64,000 bases of DNA from Planctomyces sp. (GTDB lineage: Bacteria > Planctomycetota > Planctomycetia > Planctomycetales > Planctomycetaceae): positions 1-64,000 of the forward strand of contig JAHBXW010000003.1 in NCBI GenBank assembly GCA_019636235.1, in the 5' to 3' direction. Made by a program: the position numbers and the translations under genes. This document shows, piece after piece, positions 46,713-55,325 of the stretch. The notes under the pieces are model-generated. The model did no database searches, was not told the DNA's origin, and worked only from the letters and a program-made list of their open reading frames with translations. Position 1 is the stretch's first letter. Each line of letters begins with the position of its first letter.

Positions 46713-48341
46713 ATGGCATTCCGCGGCCCCATCGCCGCCGCAGCGATTCCGCGAGCCAGAATTGTCCGTCGATCCGGGCGCCGCGGAGACGCTGCGCCTG
46801 GTTCCGCCCCCCCTGTCCCCACACCCAGCGGGCCCGGCCGTCTCGACGGCGGCCCCTCGCATTCATCCCGAGGCAAAGCAGTGCAAGCCTCCCCGCGCTG
46901 GCATCAGACGACCTGGTTCGCCGCCGCGGCGCTGTCGCTGCTGACGGCTTCCGTTTACTGGCCCGTCGCGTCGTTCGGGTTTCTGAACTGGGACGACCCC
47001 TGGTACGTGGTCGACAACCCGCTTGTGAAGAGCTGGGCGCCGCCGAATCTGTATGCGATCGCCACCGAGCCCTGCTCGAAGAACTTCGCGCCGCTGACGA
47101 TCTTCACGCTCCTCGTGGAACACACGCTGTTTGGCGGCTGGGCGGGGGGCTACCACCTCGTGAACGCGCTGCTGCATGCGGCGTGCGCGGTCTTGGTGCT
47201 GCGGCTCGTCCGGCAGGCGACCGGGTCGGACTGGACCGGCTGGTTCACGGCGATTCTGTTCGCGGTGCATCCGATTCAGGTGGAGACGGTCGCCTGGGTG
47301 TCGTCGTTGAAGTCGCTGCTGGCGGCGCTGTTCATGCTGGTTTCGCTGAAGCATTGGCTGAAGCCGGAGCGTTCCGCCCGAGACGAGGGCTGGGGGCTGG
47401 CCTGGCTGGTCGTGGCGCTGTTGTGCAAGGCCTCGGCCGTTGTGACGCCCGCGCTCGTCTTGTCCTACGACGTCATCGTTTCGCGGCAAAGGTTCTCCGA
47501 GGCGTTGTCGCGTCAGGTTCTGCCCGGTTTGTTCTGTCTGATGGCGCTGTTCCTGAATATGCACGCCCAGAACCAGATCTGGGGGGGCACGCGCGATCAC
47601 TACGACTGGGGGCTGGCCAGAATCCTGGCGGTCGACAGCCTGATCGTCTGGCGCTACCTGGGCATGTTGGCGCTGCCGACGGACCTGAGCGTCATGTACG
47701 ACGTCCGGGGGGACGGGCTGTGGCCCGCGGCGTTGATCGCTGGTCTGGCGTGGCTGGCTGTCGCCGGGGCCGCCTGGCGGGCTCGCCGGGTCGCGCCGCT
47801 GGCGACTTGGGGCGTCGTCGCCTGGGGGTTGCTGCTGTTCCCGGTGCTGAACATCTTCCCGATCACGACACTGATGAACGATCGCTATCTGTACCTGCCC
47901 TGCGTGCTGGCGTTTGCCGGCGTGGGCGCGGGGGTGCAATGGATCGCCGGTCGGATCGCGTGGCGGACGCCAGGGCCTGCACAAACGCGGCGGACTTTGG
48001 CCGCGCGGATCGCGGTCGGCGCCGTCGTCGCGGTTCTGCTTATCGGACTGACGGCGGGTTACTCGACCGCGGCCCAGTCCTATGTGCCGGTCTGGAGGAA
48101 CTCCCGATCGCTGTGGCGGCATGCGCTCGAGCGCGCGCCCGACATGCCGGTCGTGCAGATCCAGTGGGCGCTGACCCTGCACTCCGAGGGGCGGGTTTTC
48201 GAAGCCTGCGCGACGCTGGAACAGGCCCGAACCAGCGGCCGGATCGACGACGGAGACCGCCGCCGCATCCAGCGGCTGCTGGAGGAATGGCGCGGAACTC
48301 CGCGCTCCGAGGAACTGGCCTCCGCCGCGGCCTCTCACTGA
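46713..48341 (+). CDS. Polytopic membrane protein of the TMTC/DUF1736-like putative O-mannosyl-transferase family
   Basis: Motif FAVHPIQVETVAWVSSLKSLLAALF is typical of DUF1736. About 10 TM helices. The start is uncertain: a low-complexity N-terminus follows the first ATG, and a GTG near 46879 is an alternative. Confidence 0.55.
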   Translation: MAFRGPIAAAAIPRARIVRRSGRRGDAAPGSAPPVPTPSGPGRLDGGPSHSSRGKAVQASPRWHQTTWFAAAALSLLTASVYWPVASFGFLNWDDPWYVVDNPLVKSWAPPNLYAIATEPCSKNFAPLTIFTLLVEHTLFGGWAGGYHLVNALLHAACAVLVLRLVRQATGSDWTGWFTAILFAVHPIQVETVAWVSSLKSLLAALFMLVSLKHWLKPERSARDEGWGLAWLVVALLCKASAVVTPALVLSYDVIVSRQRFSEALSRQVLPGLFCLMALFLNMHAQNQIWGGTRDHYDWGLARILAVDSLIVWRYLGMLALPTDLSVMYDVRGDGLWPAALIAGLAWLAVAGAAWRARRVAPLATWGVVAWGLLLFPVLNIFPITTLMNDRYLYLPCVLAFAGVGAGVQWIAGRIAWRTPGPAQTRRTLAARIAVGAVVAVLLIGLTAGYSTAAQSYVPVWRNSRSLWRHALERAPDMPVVQIQWALTLHSEGRVFEACATLEQARTSGRIDDGDRRRIQRLLEEWRGTPRSEELASAAASH

Positions 48342-48349
48342 CCGACGGC

Positions 48350-49648
48350 CTACGCCAACAGCGGACGGATCACTTCGCCGTCCCGGACGATCATCACGGG
48401 CCGCCCCGTGTTCGTCTGGTACTCCTGGCGATGGTCGATCCCCAGCAGATGGAAGAACGTCGCTGCGACGTCGTCGGGGCTGTAGCCTTCGTGCAGGGGG
48501 CCGGAGGCGGTCGCATCGCTTTCGCCGAGAACCTGACCGGGGCGGACGCCGCCCCCCGCCAGCAGCATGAACATGCAGCGCGGGAAGTGGTCGCGGCCGC
48601 TGCGCTGCGAGTTGATCCGCGGCGTGCGGCCGAACTCGCCCGTCACGAAGACCGCGGTTGTCTCCAACAGGCCCCGAGCCGCCAGTCCGCCCAGCAAGGC
48701 CGACAGGCCCTCATCGAACGGCGGCAGCAGCCGCGTCCTGAGCGCTTCGAAATTGTCGTTGTGCGTGTCCCAGCCGTCATGCGTGACCGTGACGAACGGG
48801 ACCCCCGCCTCGACCAGCCGTAGCGCCAGCAGGCAGCTCCCGCCGAACGGCGTCTTGCCGAACGGCGCGGCGAACGCCTGGGGCTCGCGGCTGATGTCGA
48901 ACGCCCGCTGCGTCCGCGGGGACGTGATGACCGACAACGCCTGCCGCGAGAACTCGTCGAGTCCGTCGATCAGCGAATTGCCGCCTTCGAGTTCCTGAAA
49001 TGTGCGGTCGAGCTTCGACAGCAGTTGCGTCCGGCGTTCGACATCGGAGACTGCGACTCCCTCCTGCAGCGACACGCCGCGCACCTGGAACGGCCGGCCG
49101 ACGATCGGGGCCTGCGTCGTCGACAGCGGCGCGTAGCGGATGCCCAGGTAGCCGGCGCGCTGCGCGGTGTTGGGAATCGCCACGAACGGCGGCAGATCGC
49201 GCGGCGCGGTCAGCTCTTTCGCCGCGACGGCGCCATAGCCCGGGAATTCGAGCGATGGCAGCGGCCGGTTCCCCGTGTTCACATAGGCCGTGCCGAGTTC
49301 GTGCGCGGCCAGCGAGTGCGTCACCCCCCTGAGCAGCGCGAACTGGTCGGCGCAGCGGGCCAGCTTCGGCAGATGCTCCGAGAAGTGGACGCCGGGCAGC
49401 GCCGTCGGGATCGCCTCGAACTCGCCGCGGACGTCCGCCGCATCCGGTTTGGGATCGAACGTATCGAGGTGCGATGGCCCGCCGCGAAGGTTGATGAAGA
49501 TGGCCGCCCGGGCCGTCGCCTGCGGACGCACTTCGCCCGCCGCGGCCAGCCGCAGGTAGTTGCCCAGCGACAGGCCGCTGATCGCCAGCGCGCCCGCCTG
49601 CAGGATGTTCCGGCGTGGAGTTCCGTGGACTCGGAACGGCATGGACAT
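48350..49648 (-). CDS. DUF1501 domain protein (sulfatase-like fold, Tat-exported)
   Basis: Twin-arginine signal (TPRRNILQAGALAISG) and full DUF1501 pattern (…TGEFGRTPRIN…GRDHFP…). Start trimmed to MSMPFRV at 49648. Confidence 0.85.
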   Translation of the reverse strand: MSMPFRVHGTPRRNILQAGALAISGLSLGNYLRLAAAGEVRPQATARAAIFINLRGGPSHLDTFDPKPDAADVRGEFEAIPTALPGVHFSEHLPKLARCADQFALLRGVTHSLAAHELGTAYVNTGNRPLPSLEFPGYGAVAAKELTAPRDLPPFVAIPNTAQRAGYLGIRYAPLSTTQAPIVGRPFQVRGVSLQEGVAVSDVERRTQLLSKLDRTFQELEGGNSLIDGLDEFSRQALSVITSPRTQRAFDISREPQAFAAPFGKTPFGGSCLLALRLVEAGVPFVTVTHDGWDTHNDNFEALRTRLLPPFDEGLSALLGGLAARGLLETTAVFVTGEFGRTPRINSQRSGRDHFPRCMFMLLAGGGVRPGQVLGESDATASGPLHEGYSPDDVAATFFHLLGIDHRQEYQTNTGRPVMIVRDGEVIRPLLA

Positions 49649-49715
49649 GGTCACCTGATCCTGTCTCCTGCGCGGGACGGCGAATTGTCGCTCCGCGATT
49701 CTGGAACGATTCGCG

Positions 49716-52493
49716 TCAGTGGTTGACGATGAATTCCTTGGTGTTGAGGAGCGCCCACAGCAGGTCGCGCACGCCCGCCAGCCCATCCGTTCCGGACAAG
49801 GCCTCGACCGCAGCGGCGCGCTCCTCGTCATCGGGGAGGCGGCCCAGCGTTCGCAGGTACGCCTCATCGATAATGTTTCGCGCCGTTTCCGTCTCGATCC
49901 GAATGGGCGGCAAGTCGGGCCGCCTGGGGGCCGCTCCGGCGAACGGCTCGTCGGCGTTCCGCGGCCTGGGCGGCGGCGGATTGGCGATTTCCTCCCGGAC
50001 CTTGCGGATGCGCTGCTGCAATTGGGCCGCCTGCTCTTCGCGGCCCTGACGCCGCGCGGTTTGCAGCGCCTGCTGCAACCGGGCCAGCCGCACGGCCGGC
50101 GGCGCCTGCGGACGCGGACCCGAGGCGCGATCCCGCTCGGCCTGCGCCTGCCGCGCCCTGGGCCGGAGCGTGCCCGCCACTTCGTCCAGCCAGCCGTCAC
50201 GACGATCGATCTGCGCGAAGACGTCGACATCGTTCCGCAGGTACAGCGTCTGCAGCAGGCTGGGGTCCGGCGACCGGTCGCAGTCGCAGTTCTTGGAGCG
50301 GATCGAGCGGCCGAATACCGTCAGGCCGTAGGCCACCGGCTGCCGTCCCTGGGGCGTCCCGGGATAGGTCGTCATGCGGCCCCGGAGATTCTCGTGCAGG
50401 CCCGCCCGCTCGTCGCTGCCGGCGGTCGCGGTGCGAATGGCGTCGAGCAGCACCTCGGCCGGCAACCGCCGCGGCACGGCCCGCGCGAAATTCTGATCGT
50501 CCAGCCGGTTCGTCTCGTTCGGCCGCCAGCTGCGCTGGTAGGCGTCGCTGCCGGCGATCTCCCGATGCAGCCATTTCAGGTCATAGCCGTTCTCAATGAA
50601 CCGCCGTGCCAGATCGTCGAGCAATGGCTCGTTCGAACCGGGATTCGCCAGCGACAGATCGTCCGTCGGTTCGACGATCCCGCGATGGAAGTACTGCGCC
50701 CAGATGCGGTTCACGATGGCCCGCGAGAACAGCCGCGTCTCGGGATCGCGCAGCCAGTCCATGATGGGCTGCCGGGGATCGTCAAAGGCATCGAGCTGAA
50801 TCGGCTCCGCATCCCGCAGCAGCCGGGCCACGCGGTTCTGCGGACGCCGCGGATTGCCGCGATTCGCCGGTCGTCGCGGGTTCGCCGCGGCCGGCGGCAG
50901 CACCGCCAGCTCCGACGCCGGCACCAGCTTGCCGTCCCGGGCCGCGTCCGCCAGCACCCGACGGTCATTCCCCATCAGGCGCTCCGCCAGCCCGAGCTCG
51001 GCCAGCATCTCCCGCCGATCGGCGACATCCGCCGGCCCCCGTCCCGCGGCCGCCACCGGGGACAGCCGATTGAAGCGCACGCGATCGAAAAACGCCTGGA
51101 ACTGCTTAAAGTCCTGCTGCGTCCATTCGTCGAACGGATGCTTGTGGCATTGCGCGCACTGCAGCCGGATGCCCATGAACGTGTAGGCGAAGCCGATCGC
51201 CCGATCCTCGGGGCGCTGGAAGTTCCCGCGGCCCCAGAAGTAGGTCAGTCCCGGCTCGTCGGCATACTTTGACGCCGGTTCGGAACCGGCCATGGCCGCC
51301 TGGCGTTCGCAATAGTCGAGATACGTTTCGCCCGGCTGGCGGCTGACCGCGAGGATGACGCCCTCCATCAGCGCATCGTACGGCACGTTGGCCTGCACCC
51401 GCTGGAAGATCCAGTCGTACCATTCGCGGCTGGCCCGGGCCCGTTCGGCGGTGGCGTTGTTCAACTGCGCGTCGCTGTTGCCGGTGATGTCGCACAGGAA
51501 GGTGGTCCATTTCGCGGCGTAGGCGGGGGTCTCCAGCAGTTCGTCGATCTTGCGGGAGCGCTTGTCCGGACGCGCGTCGGCGACGAACTCCCGCACCTCC
51601 TGCGGCCGCGGCAATGTGCCCGCGATATCCAGACTGACCCGCCGCAGAAACTCCTCATCCGTACAGACTTCCGACGGGACCTCGCCCAGCAATCGCAGCT
51701 TGTCCTGCACAAGTTCATCGATCCGCGTCCGCGCTACGAGCTGGGGATAGCGGTCGTCCGCGAGATCGGAATAGGGCCTGAGAACGGGGGTGGCAGCCAC
51801 GCCGTTGTCATAGAACGCGATGACGTGCGTGTCCCCCGGATCGCCGGCCATGACGACCCCCTCTTCGGAGACCGCCGCGATCGCCGGATCGTTCGCCTGG
51901 AAACGCGACAGGCAGGTGACGTCCTCTTTCGTCCCATCGTCCCAGTGGGCGATGACCTGCAGCGGAACCTGTTCCCCTTCCCGCGACATGCGGATCGATG
52001 CGGGCAGCACTTCGAGCTTCAAAAAGCCCGCGGCGCCGGCCGGCCGGGGAGGCGCTCCCGATTCGATCCACCGCCGAAACAGCGTGTGCTCCCACGTGCC
52101 CGGAGGCAGCGGCTGGCCCCCTTCATGGTCGACGGCATGAGACGGCTTGAGGAGCGCGAGACTCTTCAACGGCGACTTGGAGTCGATTCTTTGCTGGAGC
52201 CCCTTGTGATCCAGACCGAAATCGTAGCCGAACAGCGACAGCCGGAATCCGCTCTGGCCCTGGAACGAGCCATGACAGGACCGGCCGTTGCAGCCCACTC
52301 GGCCCATCAGCGGGACGACATGCCGCTGGAAATCGGGCGTCTCCTGCGTCGCCGGGTCGGCGAACCGGCCGTTGGCGGGCGGGACGATTTCGTCCGATTC
52401 CGCGCCCCGCGACGACGCCACGAACGGACCCGCGACGGAGAGAACCAGGCAGGCGATTTGGACGAACGACGAGGATCGCATCCGCATGCGCAT
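49716..52493 (-). CDS. PSCyt/DUF1549 + DUF1553 (PSD1) domain protein
   Basis: Signal peptide and N-terminal cytochrome-like CxxCH-type region (CNGRSCHGS), then the long DUF1549...DUF1553 architecture typical of Planctomycetes. It lies immediately upstream of the DUF1501 gene. Confidence 0.85.
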   Translation of the reverse strand: MRMRMRSSSFVQIACLVLSVAGPFVASSRGAESDEIVPPANGRFADPATQETPDFQRHVVPLMGRVGCNGRSCHGSFQGQSGFRLSLFGYDFGLDHKGLQQRIDSKSPLKSLALLKPSHAVDHEGGQPLPPGTWEHTLFRRWIESGAPPRPAGAAGFLKLEVLPASIRMSREGEQVPLQVIAHWDDGTKEDVTCLSRFQANDPAIAAVSEEGVVMAGDPGDTHVIAFYDNGVAATPVLRPYSDLADDRYPQLVARTRIDELVQDKLRLLGEVPSEVCTDEEFLRRVSLDIAGTLPRPQEVREFVADARPDKRSRKIDELLETPAYAAKWTTFLCDITGNSDAQLNNATAERARASREWYDWIFQRVQANVPYDALMEGVILAVSRQPGETYLDYCERQAAMAGSEPASKYADEPGLTYFWGRGNFQRPEDRAIGFAYTFMGIRLQCAQCHKHPFDEWTQQDFKQFQAFFDRVRFNRLSPVAAAGRGPADVADRREMLAELGLAERLMGNDRRVLADAARDGKLVPASELAVLPPAAANPRRPANRGNPRRPQNRVARLLRDAEPIQLDAFDDPRQPIMDWLRDPETRLFSRAIVNRIWAQYFHRGIVEPTDDLSLANPGSNEPLLDDLARRFIENGYDLKWLHREIAGSDAYQRSWRPNETNRLDDQNFARAVPRRLPAEVLLDAIRTATAGSDERAGLHENLRGRMTTYPGTPQGRQPVAYGLTVFGRSIRSKNCDCDRSPDPSLLQTLYLRNDVDVFAQIDRRDGWLDEVAGTLRPRARQAQAERDRASGPRPQAPPAVRLARLQQALQTARRQGREEQAAQLQQRIRKVREEIANPPPPRPRNADEPFAGAAPRRPDLPPIRIETETARNIIDEAYLRTLGRLPDDEERAAAVEALSGTDGLAGVRDLLWALLNTKEFIVNH

Positions 52494-52733
52494 TCTTCCC
52501 TGCGGGCGTCAGGCCCGGCCTGTCACTGTGCGATGCCCCGGGACAGCGAGTCGCCGGAGTCTCCAGTTTAACACCGGGACGTGCGGGTGAGACTGGGGAA
52601 TTGCCGCTCACGGGTGGAACTCGCGTCATTGTGAGTGTCTCTGAGCCGAGGGGTCTATCCCCTCGGTTTCGCCGTTCTCCGGTGAACGCAGCGCATCCCC
52701 ATAACCACCCCGTTCGCGGCACGAGCCGGAAGC

Positions 52734-54485
52734 GTGTGCGCCCGGCCCCGCGCCGCCCCATGGGCACGGCAAGTGGCCGAGGCCGGATTGCATCCGTTCT
52801 TCCCGCCGGCCATCGTAGGGCGACCGATCCGCGCCCTATCCAGCTCCGCCTGTCCCGTGCCCCCTTCCGCCGCCCCTGCCGCTCCTCGACGGACCATTTC
52901 GACCCGCGCCCTCGTCGCCGTCGGAAGCTGGCTGGCCGCGCTTCTCGGCGGCGCCTTCTTCGTGCAGACGGTCCTGGAGTCAGCGCCCCTCGCGAACGTC
53001 TTTTTCAGCGAGGCGTGGCGGAGCCGGGTGTTGGCCGCGCTGGGAGCGCGGACGACATTCGCGGCGGGAGACAATGCTGTCTCCGTCGACTTCCTCCGCT
53101 GCCTGGCGATCGTGGCGCCGCCGCTGCTGCTGCTGACGCTGCTCGGAGGCGCGCTCGGCCATCGCCGGGGCTCCCGCGAGCCGTTCATCGCTGCAGCCTT
53201 CCATCAGGCGTTCGCCTGCCTGCCGATCGGAGCCTGGGCCGTAGGCTGGCTGATCGCCCTGCTCGCGGATTGGGACTTCGTCGTTGATCTCCTTGCGCAA
53301 ACTGTCGAACTCGCCGCCGCTGCGGCCGTCGCACTCAGCGTGCTGGGGATTGTGCGCAGCGGGCGACGCACTTCCGGCGTCGAACCTCCGGCGCCGCCGG
53401 CTGCGCCGTCGGGAGCTCCTCCGTCGCGCGGCGCGCGAAGCTTGCTGATCGCTGGAATGGCCGCGTACGTCGCCGTCTTTGTCGCCATGAACTTCGGGTT
53501 GTGGTTCAACCTCCGCATCCCGCATGGCGACTCGGCGATGTACGAGGAACACCTGTGGAACCTCGAGTACGGCAAGGGCTTTCGCAGCTACCTCGACCAG
53601 GGTTTGTTTCTGGGCGAGCACCTGCAGGTGATCCATGTGCTGCTGATCCCGCTGCACCTGCTGGTTCCGTCGCATCTGACGCTGGAGTTTGCGCAGTCGG
53701 TGATCCTGGCGCTCGGCGCGTGGCCGGTGTTCCGGATGGCGCGACGGCACTCGGGGAGCGAATGGGCCGGCGCGCTTTTGGGCCTGGCCTATCTGGCGTA
53801 CCAGCCGCTGCAGGCGCTGGACATCGCGATCGACCTCAAGACGTTCCGGCCGAACTCGCTGGGCATCCCGACGCTGCTGGCCGCGCTGGATGCGCTGGAG
53901 GAGCGCCGCTGGCGCCGCGCCGCGATCTGGCTGGCCCTCACGCTGTCCGCACAGGAGGACTTCGCGATCCCCATCGCGCTGGTCGGCGCGTGGCTGGCAT
54001 TGAGTCAGCGACCGCTGTGGCCGCGCGACCGTGACGCCCGGTCGCAGACCGCCTGGGGCATCGCACTGTTCGTGTTCGGCGTGGCGTACCTGTGGCTGGC
54101 GGTGAACGTCTTCATCCCCTGGTTCCGGGACGGCGCGACTGTGCATTTCGCGAGTTACTTCAGCCGGTTCGGAAGCACGCCGCGGGAGATCGCCGTCACG
54201 TTGCTGACGCGGCCGGGGCTGGTGCTGGCGACGCTCATCACGCCGGGGTCGATCGCCTACGCCTGCCGGTTGCTGTTGCCGGTCGGGTTTCTGCCCGTGC
54301 GGTCGCCGGGGCGGCTGCTGGTCGCGCTGCCCTTGTTCCTGCTGTTATGCATGAACGATCTGGCGATGGAGACGCCCGCCCCCGTGCATCACTTCCATGC
54401 GTATCTTGTGCCGATCCTGTTCTGGGCGGCGGCGGCGGGGCTGGGCGACTGGAATCGCGATCGCGCGGCGGCGGCCGCATCGTGA
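52734..54485 (+). CDS. Polytopic membrane protein (DUF2079-like)
   Basis: More than 10 TM helices and extracytoplasmic loops with conserved-looking acidic and aromatic residues (…HGDSAMYEEHLWNLEYGKGF…). Family assignment is tentative and the start is uncertain. Confidence 0.45.
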   Translation: MCARPRAAPWARQVAEAGLHPFFPPAIVGRPIRALSSSACPVPPSAAPAAPRRTISTRALVAVGSWLAALLGGAFFVQTVLESAPLANVFFSEAWRSRVLAALGARTTFAAGDNAVSVDFLRCLAIVAPPLLLLTLLGGALGHRRGSREPFIAAAFHQAFACLPIGAWAVGWLIALLADWDFVVDLLAQTVELAAAAAVALSVLGIVRSGRRTSGVEPPAPPAAPSGAPPSRGARSLLIAGMAAYVAVFVAMNFGLWFNLRIPHGDSAMYEEHLWNLEYGKGFRSYLDQGLFLGEHLQVIHVLLIPLHLLVPSHLTLEFAQSVILALGAWPVFRMARRHSGSEWAGALLGLAYLAYQPLQALDIAIDLKTFRPNSLGIPTLLAALDALEERRWRRAAIWLALTLSAQEDFAIPIALVGAWLALSQRPLWPRDRDARSQTAWGIALFVFGVAYLWLAVNVFIPWFRDGATVHFASYFSRFGSTPREIAVTLLTRPGLVLATLITPGSIAYACRLLLPVGFLPVRSPGRLLVALPLFLLLCMNDLAMETPAPVHHFHAYLVPILFWAAAAGLGDWNRDRAAAAAS

Positions 54486-54503
54486 GCGGCCTGCGAAGGG
54501 GGT

Positions 54504-55136
54504 TCAGTCCGGCGCGGCCGGGGGTTCTTCCGCGGCGGCCGGCCCGGCTGGTTTGGGAGGTTTTGGCGGCTTCGGCGTGGCGTTGACGGCGTTCATCGCG
54601 CGGTCGATGCCCTCACGGACCCACAGCTCCGCCGCATCCGCCGCCTTGGGAAGGGCCAGCTCCATCTCGTCCCGCTCTTTGCCGACGAACTTCCCCAGCA
54701 CATAGTCGGTCGCGTCCATCCGTTCCGGCGGCCGGTCAATGCCGATCCGCAGCCGCGCGAACTGCTGCGTCCCCAACTGGTCGATCGTGTTCTGCAGCCC
54801 CTTCTGTCCGCCGGCCGTGCCGTCCTTCCGCAACCGCAGCTTGCCGGTCGGGAGATTGAGGTCGTCGCAGACGATCAGCAGGTCCTGCGGCTCGAGCTTG
54901 TGGAATGTCAGGATCTGGCGGATCGCCCGGCCGCTGAGATTCATGTACGTTTGCGGGCAGGCCAGGAGGACGCGTTCCTCGCCCAGCCGGCCTTCGTAAA
55001 GGTCCGACTCGAACTTTACGCGGCCGCTGCCGTCGGCCATCCGCCGCGCGAGCTCCGCGACGACGTCGAACCCGACGTTGTGCCGCGTGCCGACATATTT
55101 CCGGCCCGGATTGCCCAGACCAACGATCACTTTCAC
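54504..55136 (-). CDS. pth: Peptidyl-tRNA hydrolase
   Basis: MKVIVGLGNPGRKYVGTRHNVGF...GGQKGL matches the Pth family; it has a Pro/Lys-rich C-terminal tail. Confidence 0.9.
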   Translation of the reverse strand: MKVIVGLGNPGRKYVGTRHNVGFDVVAELARRMADGSGRVKFESDLYEGRLGEERVLLACPQTYMNLSGRAIRQILTFHKLEPQDLLIVCDDLNLPTGKLRLRKDGTAGGQKGLQNTIDQLGTQQFARLRIGIDRPPERMDATDYVLGKFVGKERDEMELALPKAADAAELWVREGIDRAMNAVNATPKPPKPPKPAGPAAAEEPPAAPD

Positions 55137-55325
55137 GGATGACGACCTTCCTGAACTCTCGCGCGGAACTCGCTGCCGGCGAGTCAGAGAGTTATTGCGG
55201 TTTCGGCCGCGCCGGTCGAGCGCGACATCGAAACAGGACCCGCGCCCGGGGGACGGAGTTCGGGGCCCGCCGCTGGCGCCGGGGCGTTGCGAACTGGTGT
55301 CGCACCGTCCGGGAATTCGCCCCCA